A DNA stretch of 62,727 nucleotides. Origin: Gemmatimonadota bacterium (GTDB lineage: Bacteria; Gemmatimonadota; Gemmatimonadetes; Gemmatimonadales; Gemmatimonadaceae). Location of the stretch: positions 1-62,727 of the forward strand of contig JANMLN010000127.1 in NCBI GenBank assembly GCA_031372565.1, written 5' to 3'. The position numbers were made by a program, and so were the translations under genes. Below, piece after piece: positions 31,170 through 40,234 of this stretch. The notes beneath the pieces were generated by a model. That model ran no database searches and had not been told where the DNA came from. It worked only from the letters and a program-made list of their open reading frames with translations. Numbering within the stretch: the stretch's first letter is position 1; every line of letters starts with the position of its first letter.

Positions 31170-31198
31170 ATAATAGATGCAGCCGGGGGTGCTGTCAA
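31170..31198 (-). promoter_or_regulatory. Sigma70-type promoter of dnaE
   Basis: Minus strand TTGACA-17 bp-TATTAT, 9 nt before the ATG. Confidence 0.75.
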
Positions 31199-31253
31199 AG
31201 GAAAACCGGCCGGATTTTCCTATCTTAAGTGCTTGACAGACAATGGGTTATAG

Positions 31254-31282
31254 CGCAAGTGCTGCGCCTGTCGGCACTTGCG
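31254..31282. terminator. Hairpin downstream of 31309..31869
   Basis: CGCAAGTGCTG...CGGCACTTGCG. Confidence 0.5.
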
Positions 31283-31308
31283 GTCCGCGGGCCCGATTCG
31301 GGGGGCCG

Positions 31309-31869
31309 TTACTTGGCCGCTGTGGGGCGCATGAACCGGTATTCGTGGCGGAACAGGTAGGCGGCCGAGGGACTGAACCGGACCTCCTTGAGGATGCGCA
31401 GGTCGGCGCTGGAGACGGTCAGCGTCTCGCGAATGTGGGCCGGCTTGTTGTCGTCCTGACTGTCCATTTCGAGGACCAGCCGGAGTGGTGCGCCAGCGGT
31501 GCCCTCGCCGGACCGATCGGTGACCGCGAAGCGGCTGCGCTTGGTCTCGTCCTTGGGGCTGCCCCAGCGCACGATCTTGGCCGTGGCGTCGAGGTCGAAC
31601 AGATCACGGTCGAGGACGGTCTTGCCGGGGCCGTCGTCGTAGGTGAAGTCGAGCACCACGGAGGCCGAATCCGCCGCCAAGGCACCCGTGAGCAGGGTGG
31701 GCAGGGTGACGAACTTCGTCGAGTCCTGATAGTCGCGATACCGCAACGTGCCCTGCCACTTGCCCGCGAGGGCGGCGTGCAGGCGCGTGGCCGGGGAGGG
31801 CGCGGGGACGGCGGCCAGGACGAGCGCGGTGGCGCACGCGATAACAGTGGCGCGGGGGATGCTGAGCAC
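31309..31869 (-). CDS. Hypothetical exported beta-rich protein
   Basis: Signal-like N-terminus, LAGKWQGTLRYRDY. Confidence 0.7.
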   Translation of the reverse strand: MLSIPRATVIACATALVLAAVPAPSPATRLHAALAGKWQGTLRYRDYQDSTKFVTLPTLLTGALAADSASVVLDFTYDDGPGKTVLDRDLFDLDATAKIVRWGSPKDETKRSRFAVTDRSGEGTAGAPLRLVLEMDSQDDNKPAHIRETLTVSSADLRILKEVRFSPSAAYLFRHEYRFMRPTAAK

Positions 31870-31935
31870 GTGGGGCGGAGTTGAAGGGTCCAGCGGGAAC
31901 GGCCGACGGTCAGACAGCCGGCTGAGCTCGAAGGT

Positions 31936-33666
31936 TCAACCGCGTGCGAGTGTTCCCGCGAAGCGGCGTCCGAGCGGTTGTGCCGTGCCGCGCGACCATG
32001 CCACCACGACAACGGCGGTGCAGGCGAGTCCGCGCAGCAGGGTGAAGCCGACCTCCCGTGCCTGGGCCGCCCAGTTGATCCCGACACCGCTCCCGGGAGT
32101 CGAGACGAGCCATGGCTCGTCGGCAATGGCGAGCCACGGCACGTGCGTGCCGTTGGCGCCGAGCGCAGTGGCGGCTACCCAGGCGGCGATGAGCAGCACG
32201 TGGCCCGCCACCTTGTGCTGGACCATCGCGTGTACGGCGAGCGAGAGCTGCGTGAGCAGCGCCACCGCGGGGAGCATGGCCAGCACGCACCAGCCGATGG
32301 TGAACCCCGGCGTCGGGACGTGCGCCGCTCCGCGGACGCGTGGCAGCGTGAACGCGACGAGGCCGAGCAGCGCGACGAGGACCGCCTGCGCGCCGTGGAT
32401 CCCGATGAGCTTGCCGAGCACGGTGGCGCTCGAGCGAGTGGGGAGGGCGTCGAGCATCCCGTCGGCGCGCAGGTCGCGCTCGCGCCAGACGAGTTCGCCG
32501 GCCCAGATGGTGGCCACGAGGATGAAGAAGAGCCGGGTGTTGGTGGTGATGGCGCGGAGGACCGCGTCCTGTTCCGCGCTGAGCGCCGGCGCGCTGGCGC
32601 TCCAGGCGTTGACCGCGCCGTTGAGGACGGCCAGCAGTGCGAGCGCGATGAAGCCCTTTTCGCGGAGCGTCGTCACGAAGGTGAAGCGGAGGGCGACGCT
32701 GACCTGGCGGCTCCAGCGTTCGGCGGAGCCTAAGCGGGCGCGTGTGGTGTCGACCGGGACGGCCGAGGGAGCAGCCTGCGAGCGCACGAGTGGCGCGGCG
32801 CGTCGTTCGGTTCCGGCGTCGCCGTTCGGGGCGAGGCCGATCGTGGCGCCACGCACTGTGGGCGCGAGTTCGAAGCGGAAGCGGCGCACCGTGACCACGA
32901 GTGCCGCGGCACCGACGCCGAGCCAGAGCGCGCGATTGGCAAGCAGCAGCGGGTCGACCGGCATGGCCGCGCGCGCGCGGGCCGCACCGGTGATGCCGCG
33001 GATGACGTGCGCGAGCGCCGCGTTGCCGAACGGGTCGAGCAGGGCGCCCAGCGAGCCGGCATCCGTCGTCGCCTCGAGCGAGAGCCCGAGCTGCCAGAGC
33101 GAGACGAGGCCGATGCCCGTGAGCAGGATAGCGAAGAAGTTGCGCGCGAGCGCCCCCACGGCGAAGAAGATCGCCGCGACGGTGAGCACGTTGGGGAGCA
33201 CGAGCAGCGCGAGCGGCCGCAGGTACGTGCCCGCGTCGAAGGGTGCCAGTTCGAGTGCCGGCGCCCACGGCATCGCCGTGCCGGCGGCGAGCCCGAGGGG
33301 AATCGCGGCGTAGACCACGAGCATGACGCCGAGTGCCCCCGTGAAGCGGCCGAGGAGATACTCGCGCGCGCTGAGGCGCGTGGTGAGCAGGAGCGCCTCG
33401 GTGCGCAGCGCCACGTCGCGCAGGACGGCAGTGCTCGCGATCATCGTCGTGATGACCGCGCCGAAGGCAGTGACGCCGGCCATCGCCTCGGCGAGGATGA
33501 GCGGCGCGTTGCGCGGGAGCGCGCCGCGGTCGCGCACGAGCTCGACGACGTGCGACGAGGTAAAGGCGAACGTCAGCAGGAAGAAGACGGCGAGATAGAG
33601 ACCTGAGAGAAATTCGCGCGACTGGAGCTGGAACTCGAAGCGGGCGAGCGCGCGCCAGCGGCTCAC
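31936..33666 (-). CDS. ABC-2-type transporter permease (two membrane halves)
   Basis: Multi-TM, ARFEFQL, YLLGRFTGA, LDPFG, AGELVWRER; GTG overlaps the ATPase stop. Confidence 0.8.
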   Translation of the reverse strand: MSRWRALARFEFQLQSREFLSGLYLAVFFLLTFAFTSSHVVELVRDRGALPRNAPLILAEAMAGVTAFGAVITTMIASTAVLRDVALRTEALLLTTRLSAREYLLGRFTGALGVMLVVYAAIPLGLAAGTAMPWAPALELAPFDAGTYLRPLALLVLPNVLTVAAIFFAVGALARNFFAILLTGIGLVSLWQLGLSLEATTDAGSLGALLDPFGNAALAHVIRGITGAARARAAMPVDPLLLANRALWLGVGAAALVVTVRRFRFELAPTVRGATIGLAPNGDAGTERRAAPLVRSQAAPSAVPVDTTRARLGSAERWSRQVSVALRFTFVTTLREKGFIALALLAVLNGAVNAWSASAPALSAEQDAVLRAITTNTRLFFILVATIWAGELVWRERDLRADGMLDALPTRSSATVLGKLIGIHGAQAVLVALLGLVAFTLPRVRGAAHVPTPGFTIGWCVLAMLPAVALLTQLSLAVHAMVQHKVAGHVLLIAAWVAATALGANGTHVPWLAIADEPWLVSTPGSGVGINWAAQAREVGFTLLRGLACTAVVVVAWSRGTAQPLGRRFAGTLARG

Positions 33667-34580
33667 GGCGCGCGGTCCGCAGCCTCGGCGCCGCCAACGG
33701 CGTCGAAGTAGGCGTCCTCGAGCGTCGGCTCGACGGCGACGGCGTCGTCGCGCGGGCTGGCCTCGGCGACCACGCGCGCGACGAGGGCGCCGCTGGCGCG
33801 GCGACGCGAGACCGGCCGCGTGCCAGCGGGCCAGGCGATGGCATCGGCCGTCCGATCGTTCCGCATCGCGGCGTCGCTTGGCACGGGGACGCGCCAGACG
33901 CGGCCGCGCAGCGGCGCGAGCAGCGCCTCGCACGAACCTTGGCGCACGAGGCGACCGCGATGCAGGATCGCGAGCGCGGGCGCGACGGCGGCGATGTCCT
34001 CGACCAGGTGCGTGGAGAGAAGGACGATGACGTCGTCGCCGATGGCGACGAGGTGGTCGTAGAGGCGGTGTCGCTCCGCGGGATCGAGGCCGCTCGTCGG
34101 CTCATCGAGGATGAGAAGCCGCGGACTCCCGATGAGCGCGATGGCGAGGCCGAGGCGTTGCCGCATGCCGCCCGAGAAGGTCCCGACCGCTTGGGCGCGG
34201 TGTTGGGCGAGGTTGACGCGCTCGAGCAGCGCCTGCACGCGGGCGCGGCGCTCGGCTTTCTCGTCGAGTCCCTTGAGCGCGGCGAAGTGATCGAGTGTCG
34301 CCTCGGCGCTCAGGTTGGGATAGAGGCCGAAGTCCTGCGGGAGATAACCGAGTTGGGCGCGCGCGGCGGAGGGCTGCGCCAGCACGTCGAGTCCGTCGAG
34401 GGTGACGGTGCCGCGCTCCGGCTGCTGCAGCGTTGCGAGGACGCGCATGAGCGTGGACTTGCCGGCGCCGTTCGGGCCGAGGAGTCCGAAGATGCCGGGC
34501 GCGAGGGTGAGCGAGACGTCGTCGAGCGCGACGGTTCCGCCGGGGTAGGTGCACGTGATGCCGCGCAGCTCGAGGGCCAC
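33663..34580 (-). CDS. ABC transporter ATP-binding protein
   Basis: GPNGAGKST, FSGGMRQR, LILDEPT, LSTH. Confidence 0.93.
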   Translation of the reverse strand: MALELRGITCTYPGGTVALDDVSLTLAPGIFGLLGPNGAGKSTLMRVLATLQQPERGTVTLDGLDVLAQPSAARAQLGYLPQDFGLYPNLSAEATLDHFAALKGLDEKAERRARVQALLERVNLAQHRAQAVGTFSGGMRQRLGLAIALIGSPRLLILDEPTSGLDPAERHRLYDHLVAIGDDVIVLLSTHLVEDIAAVAPALAILHRGRLVRQGSCEALLAPLRGRVWRVPVPSDAAMRNDRTADAIAWPAGTRPVSRRRASGALVARVVAEASPRDDAVAVEPTLEDAYFDAVGGAEAADRAP

Positions 34581-34587
34581 GGTCGGC

Positions 34588-36675
34588 TCAGGCGCCGAAG
34601 CGGCCGCGCAGCAGGGCGCGCAGGTCCACGGTGCTGGGCGGCGGCGTGCTCTCGGGAGCGGGCACGTCGTTGTCGCCCAAGGCGACGCGCTCCATTGTGT
34701 CGCGCACGCCGCGGTCGAGGAAGCGCGAGAGCTGGTCGAGGGTGTAGTCGGCGCCGCGGCGCGTGTTGTAGGAATGCAGCGGATAGGTGACGAAGAGATG
34801 ATTGCGCGCGCGCGTGGTAGCCACATACATGAGCCGGCGTTCTTCCTCTTCCTCGTCGTCGTCGCCCAAGGCGCGCGCCATCGGGAAGTAGCCATCGACG
34901 GCCCAGATGAGGAAGACGACGTCCCACTCGCGTCCCTTGGAGGAGTGCGCCGTGGAGAGCACGAGCACGTCGTCCTCTTCGTCAGCCGCGCCGGAGAGAT
35001 CCTGCGTGCCCGACGGTGGTTCGAGGGCGATGGCGCTCAGGAACGCCTGCCGCGATGGATAGCCGGCGGCGATCACCTGCAACTGGTCGAGGTCGGCCAG
35101 CCGCGGCTCGGGGCGGTCGTACTTGTCGCGGAGCAGGGCATCGTACATGGTGCGCACGCGCGCGATGTCGGCACTCACGCGCGACGTGTCCGGTGTTTCG
35201 CCCGCGCGCAGCAGCTCGAGCAGCTGCACGAGCGACGAGTGGGCGGTGCGGGCCCGCGGTGGCGGCGCAAAGCGGCCGAAGGCGCCGGAGGTCCACGCCA
35301 TGTCGGCCATCGCGCCGATGGCGGCGCGTGCGGTCTGCTCCCCGATGCCGGGCAGGAGCATGAGGATGCGGTACCAGCTGATCTCGTCGCGCGGATTCTC
35401 GAGAATGCGCAGAAAGGCGAGCACATCCTTGACGTGCGCAGCTTCGAGGAAGCGGATTCCGCCCCACTTGTCGAAGGGGATCTTGCGACGGGAGAGCTCG
35501 ATTTCCAGGTCGGCCGACATGTAGCCCGCGCGGAAGAGCACCGCCATCTCGCGGAGCGGGACGCCCTCCTCGTGCAGCTCGAGGATGCGGTCGGCGACGA
35601 AGCGGGTCTGCTGGCCCTCGTCACGCGCGGCGACGAGCCAGGGCTTCTCGCCGCCGGTGCGTGCGGTGCGCAGCTCCTTGGTGAACCGTTCGCGAGCGCG
35701 CGAAATGAGCGTGTTGGTGCAGGCCAGAATGGGCGCCGTCGAGCGGTAGTTCTGCTCGAGCGTGACGACCCTGGTGCCGGGGAACTGCACCGGGAAGTCG
35801 AGGATGTTGCGGATCGTCGCGCCGCGGAACGCATAGATGCTTTGCGCATCGTCGCCCACGACGGTGATGCGACCGTGCGCGCCGGCCAGCCCGCGGAGGA
35901 TGCGCGACTGCAGCGCGTTGGTGTCCTGGTACTCGTCGACGAGCACGTGATCCCACAAGCCGCTGATGCGCGCGGCCAGATCCGGCGCCTGCTCGAGCAA
36001 CAGCGTCCAGAAGAGCAGCAGGTCGTCGTAATCAACGAGATTGCGATCCGCCTTTCGCCGTGTGTAATCGGCCCAGATCTTGGCGATCTCCTCCTCGTAC
36101 TCCGCGAAGTTGGGATACTCCTCGTGGAGGAGGTTGTGCAGCGACTTCTCGGTGTTGACGTGGGTCGAGTAGAGGTGGTGCAGCGTTTCCTTCTTGGGGA
36201 AGCGCTTGTTCTTCGTGGCGACGCCGGAGTGCGCGCGCCCGACCTGCATCAGGTCCTCGGCGTCGGCCTGGTCCATGATGCTGAAGTCTGCGGCCAAACC
36301 CGCGGCCGGTCCGAAGGTGCGGAGCAGGCGGTGGGCCGTGCCGTGGAAGGTGCCGCCCTGCACGTGGCGTCCCTGCGCGCCGATCAGGCGCTCGACGCGT
36401 GAGAGCATCTCCTGCGCGGCACGTCGCGTGAAGGTGAGCAGCAGGATGCGCTCGGGGCGGACGCCGGTCTCGATGAGGTAGGCGACGCGATGCACCAGCG
36501 TGCGCGTCTTGCCGGTGCCGGCCCCCGCGACGATGAGGAGCGGGCTGCCCAACGCGGTGGCTCCCTCGCGCTGCTCCGGGTTCAGCCCGTCGAGGTGGTC
36601 GGGGGCGTGTTCGGAGCGCTCGGGGATGTCACGGTCGCGGTCGCGCGGGGCGTAGACGCGGGGGGCGTCGGGCAT
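34588..36675 (-). CDS. UvrD/PcrA-family SF1 DNA helicase
   Basis: AGAGTGKT, VDEYQD, VGDDAQSIY.FRGA, LEQNYRS, STAHSSKGRE, EERRLMYVATTRA. Confidence 0.95.
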   Translation of the reverse strand: MPDAPRVYAPRDRDRDIPERSEHAPDHLDGLNPEQREGATALGSPLLIVAGAGTGKTRTLVHRVAYLIETGVRPERILLLTFTRRAAQEMLSRVERLIGAQGRHVQGGTFHGTAHRLLRTFGPAAGLAADFSIMDQADAEDLMQVGRAHSGVATKNKRFPKKETLHHLYSTHVNTEKSLHNLLHEEYPNFAEYEEEIAKIWADYTRRKADRNLVDYDDLLLFWTLLLEQAPDLAARISGLWDHVLVDEYQDTNALQSRILRGLAGAHGRITVVGDDAQSIYAFRGATIRNILDFPVQFPGTRVVTLEQNYRSTAPILACTNTLISRARERFTKELRTARTGGEKPWLVAARDEGQQTRFVADRILELHEEGVPLREMAVLFRAGYMSADLEIELSRRKIPFDKWGGIRFLEAAHVKDVLAFLRILENPRDEISWYRILMLLPGIGEQTARAAIGAMADMAWTSGAFGRFAPPPRARTAHSSLVQLLELLRAGETPDTSRVSADIARVRTMYDALLRDKYDRPEPRLADLDQLQVIAAGYPSRQAFLSAIALEPPSGTQDLSGAADEEDDVLVLSTAHSSKGREWDVVFLIWAVDGYFPMARALGDDDEEEEERRLMYVATTRARNHLFVTYPLHSYNTRRGADYTLDQLSRFLDRGVRDTMERVALGDNDVPAPESTPPPSTVDLRALLRGRFGA

Positions 36676-36704
36676 GGAGCGAATATATGCCGAAGGGAAG
36701 CCCC

Positions 36705-36787
36705 TTGTCGTCCTGAGCGAAGCGAAGGACCTGCTTGTGGTGGGCGGGGCGAAAAAAGCGGGTCCTTCGCTGCGCTCAGGACGACAA
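36705..36787. repeat. Inverted pair of REP-like repeats (36705-36736 and 36756-36787)
   Basis: TTGTCGTCCTGAGCGAAGCGAAGGACCTGCTT ... AAGCGGGTCCTTCGCTGCGCTCAGGACGACAA. Confidence 0.9.
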
Positions 36788-36789
36788 CG

Positions 36790-37986
36790 TCAGCGCGATT
36801 CCGACCGGAAGCGCCAGAACGTCAGCGAGTCCCGCTTGATGCCAAGCAGGCGACGCTCGCCGGGCGCCCGGTCGTTGGTAAGCAGCTCGTGCAGGTCCGA
36901 GAGCACCGAGCCGTTGATGAACAGCGTATGGCCCAGAAAATCACCGCGCACGCGGGTCGCATCGATCGTGTCCATCTCCTTGAGCACGACGAGCGAGTCG
37001 CCACCCAGGCCCAGTCGCCAGACCCCGTTGAGCACGCGCGAGGCGCGCAGCGCTTCGTCTTCGTTGGACGCGTACACCGTGATGCGCTTGGCCTTGGGCA
37101 CGAGGCGCGGCAGCACTTCGCGGCGGAAGAAGCGGGCGTCGACATCGGGCGCGGCGAACACCGCATGGGTGATCGGCGGCACGGAGTCGCCCAGGATGCT
37201 GATGGCGCGCGAGACCACCTCGGAGCCCATGGAGTGCGCCACGAGCAGCACACGGTCGGCGTCGACGCTCGCGGGAAAGTCGCGCAGGAAGCGGGCGAGG
37301 TAGAAGCCCGCATTGCGCGCCGCCTGTTGGTCGCGGACATAGCTCGACATGGCGCCGGCCGACGGCCAGTCGAAGATCAGGACCGCGCCGTCGAGATCGG
37401 TGTCGGCGGCGATCTGCGCCGCGCGGATCGCCGCGTCCTCGAACGACACGTTGTAGCCGTGCACAAAGATGAGGAGCGAGCGCGACGCCGTCGCGGTGAG
37501 CGCATCGGTGACGGCGCGCGCGAACAGGGCGGCATTGGTGCCGCGGACGTCGCGCAGGTACATGTCCTTGGTCGAGTCGGGCTTGTACCAGAAGCGACTG
37601 ACCCGCGTGGTGGGCGGCCGGGGGGTCTCGCCCTGGCGGCGCACGGCATAGCCCGGCACGTTCACCTTCACGAGCGCGAACTGCACCGAGTCGGCGTCGT
37701 CACCGCCGAACATGTCGCCGGGGCGGTCGGTCGTGACGGAGCGGCGCAGCGTGGCCGCGAAGATGGGCACCTGCATCGCGCCCGTATCGAGCGCGGCCCA
37801 CGAACGGCGCGCGGTGGCGCGCGGAGCGGGCGGCCTGGGGGGTGGCGTTGCGGGCGCGACGACGACGGGCGCCACCACCGTTGCGGGCGCCGGACTGGGC
37901 GTGGTTGCTGGCGCAGGCGTGCCGCCGCATGCGGCGATGATGATGAGGCTGAGAGCGAACGGCGTGCTGCGCGTCAGGCGTGCCAT
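36790..37986 (-). CDS. Alpha/beta hydrolase lipoprotein (DUF900-like)
   Basis: Lipobox IAAC, FVHGYNVSF, FDWPS, AHSMG, AAPDVD. Confidence 0.85.
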   Translation of the reverse strand: MARLTRSTPFALSLIIIAACGGTPAPATTPSPAPATVVAPVVVAPATPPPRPPAPRATARRSWAALDTGAMQVPIFAATLRRSVTTDRPGDMFGGDDADSVQFALVKVNVPGYAVRRQGETPRPPTTRVSRFWYKPDSTKDMYLRDVRGTNAALFARAVTDALTATASRSLLIFVHGYNVSFEDAAIRAAQIAADTDLDGAVLIFDWPSAGAMSSYVRDQQAARNAGFYLARFLRDFPASVDADRVLLVAHSMGSEVVSRAISILGDSVPPITHAVFAAPDVDARFFRREVLPRLVPKAKRITVYASNEDEALRASRVLNGVWRLGLGGDSLVVLKEMDTIDATRVRGDFLGHTLFINGSVLSDLHELLTNDRAPGERRLLGIKRDSLTFWRFRSESR

Positions 37987-38007
37987 GCGGGGGCGGCGTG
38001 GGGAGGG

Positions 38008-38056
38008 AGAAGCAGGTCCTTCGCTGCGCTCAGGACGACGGCGCGCTCAGGACGAC
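38008..38056. repeat. REP-like repeat plus partial tandem copy
   Basis: AGAAGCAGGTCCTTCGCTGCGCTCAGGACGAC then GCGCTCAGGACGAC. Confidence 0.88.
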
Positions 38057-38063
38057 ATCGCGC

Positions 38064-38780
38064 TCACGGCGTCGGCGTGAGGAACAACGCCAAAGCTTCC
38101 GGTGACAGCTCGTCCACCGCAAGGTCGAGAATCTCCGACATCACGCCAATCGTCGCGTCCTCGACGTGCGCGCCGATCGACTCCGCCACCGGCTCGCCGC
38201 GAGCGACCAGTTCGGCGGCGATGCTCGTCATGTGCACATCCGTGATCCCGCAGGGCACCATCAGGTCGAAGAAGCTCAGGTCCGTCGTGACATTGAGCGC
38301 GAAGCCATGCCACGTCACCCACTGTCGGGCATGCACGCCGATCGACGCGATCTTGCGGCCCTCGACCCACACACCCGTCTGCCCCTTCTGCCGGCCTGCC
38401 TCGATGCCGAACCGGTCGCACACGCGCATGCACGCTTCCTCGAGCATGCGCAGGTACCAGTGCAGATCGGGCTTGTGCACTTGCAGGTCGACAATCGGGT
38501 ACGCGACCAACTGTCCCGGCCCGTGGAAGGTCACGTCGCCGCCACGCTCCGCCTCGTGCACCTCGACGCCACGGGCATCGAGCAGCGCCCGGCTGGCCGT
38601 GAGGTTCGCCTGCTTGAAGGCGCGGCCCAGCGTGATGACAGGCGGATGCTCGCACAGAATGAGCAGGTCGTTGGCGAGCGTGCCCTCGATGCGCGCACGG
38701 GCGGCGGCACGCTGGATGGCCAGCACCTCCGTCCATGGCCGCCGCCCGTAGCGAACGACGAGCAGGTCGCGCGGCGCCAC
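38064..38780 (-). CDS. lipB: Octanoyltransferase
   Basis: EHPPVITLG, RGGDVTFHGPGQ, KIASIG, HGFALN, PCG. Confidence 0.95.
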   Translation of the reverse strand: MAPRDLLVVRYGRRPWTEVLAIQRAAARARIEGTLANDLLILCEHPPVITLGRAFKQANLTASRALLDARGVEVHEAERGGDVTFHGPGQLVAYPIVDLQVHKPDLHWYLRMLEEACMRVCDRFGIEAGRQKGQTGVWVEGRKIASIGVHARQWVTWHGFALNVTTDLSFFDLMVPCGITDVHMTSIAAELVARGEPVAESIGAHVEDATIGVMSEILDLAVDELSPEALALFLTPTP

Positions 38781-38796
38781 GGCCCGGGACCCGCGA

Positions 38797-40197
38797 CTAC
38801 GCGTGGATCATGCGGCCCATCGCATCGAGCGTGGCCTCGGCGATCGCCTCGGACAGCGTCGGATGTGCATGGATCGCGAGCTCGATCTCCTCGACCGTGA
38901 ACTCGTTCTCGCGCGCGACGGCGAGCTCGTGGATCAGCTCGGTGGCGTGCGCGCCGACGATGTGCGCGCCCAGGATCTCGCCGTACTTCACGTCGCGGAT
39001 GATCTTGACGAACCCTTCGGTCTCGCCCGAGGTGCGCGCGTGGCCGTTGGCGGAGAAGGGGAACTTGCCGACCTTGTACTCGATCTTCTTCTCCTTCACC
39101 TGCGCCTCGGTCATGCCGATCGACGCGACTTCCGGATGGCAGTACGTGGCATTCGGGATGTTGCCGTAGTTCACGAGGTGATGCGACTTCCCGGCGATGA
39201 CCTCGGCCACCACCATCCCCTCGCGCTCGCCCTTGTGCGCGAGCATCGGCGGACCGGCCACGTCGCCGATGGCGTAGATGCCGGGCGCGGTCGTCTCGAG
39301 CTTCGGCGTCACCTTGATGAAGCCGCGATCGGTGAGCTGCACGCCGGCTTCCTTGAGCCCGAGGTTCTCGACGTTCGCGGCGCGGCCTGCGGCGACGAGC
39401 ACCTTCTCGAACTCGAGCTCCTGCTTGGCGCCGCCAGCCTCGAGCGAAATCTTGACGCTGTCCTTGCCGACCTTGGTGCTCGTGAGCTTCGCGGCGGTGA
39501 TCACGTCGATGCCGCGCTTCTTGAAGCTGCGCTGGACTTCAGCCGAGCTGTCCTCGTCCTCGAGCGGCAGGATGCGCGGCGCGACTTCGAGCAGCGTGAC
39601 CTTGCTGCCGAACGCCTGGAACACGTCGGCGAACTCGCAGCCCACCGCGCCGGCGCCGACGATGGCCCTCGTCCTGGGCGCCTTGTCGAGGTTGAGCGCT
39701 TCATCGCTCGAGATGACGGTGCTCGTGTTGAGCTCGAGCCCGGCCTGTGGCAGCCCCTTCACGCGCGAGCCGGTCGAGATGACCACGGCCTTGGTGGCCG
39801 TGTGCGTCTCGGTCTTGCCGTCGGCCACGACGCTGACCGACTTGCCCTTGCCCAGCGTGCCGGTTCCCTTGATCCAGGTGATCTTGTTCTTCTTGAACAG
39901 GAACTCGACCCCCTTGGAGTTCTTGCTCGAGATGTCGCGCGAGCGCTTCATGGCGACGCCGTAGTCGGTCTTGACCTCACCGGTCGTGACCCCGAACTCG
40001 GCCGCGTGCTTCACCTTGGTGGCGATGCTGGCCGCTTCGAGCAGCGCCTTGGCCGGGATGCAGCCCCAGAGCACGCAGGTGCCGCCCAATCCCTCGCGCT
40101 CGATGACGCCCACGGTGAGTCCGAGCTGGGCGCAGCGGATGGCGCCGACATAACCGGCGGGGCCGCCGCCGAGGAAGAGCACGTCGTACTGGGCCAT
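38797..40197 (-). CDS. lpdA: Dihydrolipoamide dehydrogenase (E3)
   Basis: GGGPAGY, GGTCVLWGCIP, YAIGD, HAHPTLSE. Confidence 0.96.
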   Translation of the reverse strand: MAQYDVLFLGGGPAGYVGAIRCAQLGLTVGVIEREGLGGTCVLWGCIPAKALLEAASIATKVKHAAEFGVTTGEVKTDYGVAMKRSRDISSKNSKGVEFLFKKNKITWIKGTGTLGKGKSVSVVADGKTETHTATKAVVISTGSRVKGLPQAGLELNTSTVISSDEALNLDKAPRTRAIVGAGAVGCEFADVFQAFGSKVTLLEVAPRILPLEDEDSSAEVQRSFKKRGIDVITAAKLTSTKVGKDSVKISLEAGGAKQELEFEKVLVAAGRAANVENLGLKEAGVQLTDRGFIKVTPKLETTAPGIYAIGDVAGPPMLAHKGEREGMVVAEVIAGKSHHLVNYGNIPNATYCHPEVASIGMTEAQVKEKKIEYKVGKFPFSANGHARTSGETEGFVKIIRDVKYGEILGAHIVGAHATELIHELAVARENEFTVEEIELAIHAHPTLSEAIAEATLDAMGRMIHA

Positions 40198-40234
40198 GGG
40201 AAGGCTCGGGGGTGAAAGTGTGCGGTGGCGCCCG

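Noticed and set aside
31233..31255. Plus-strand TTGACA promoter
   Set aside because: No -10 box at 16-18 bp spacing and no credible plus-strand gene downstream
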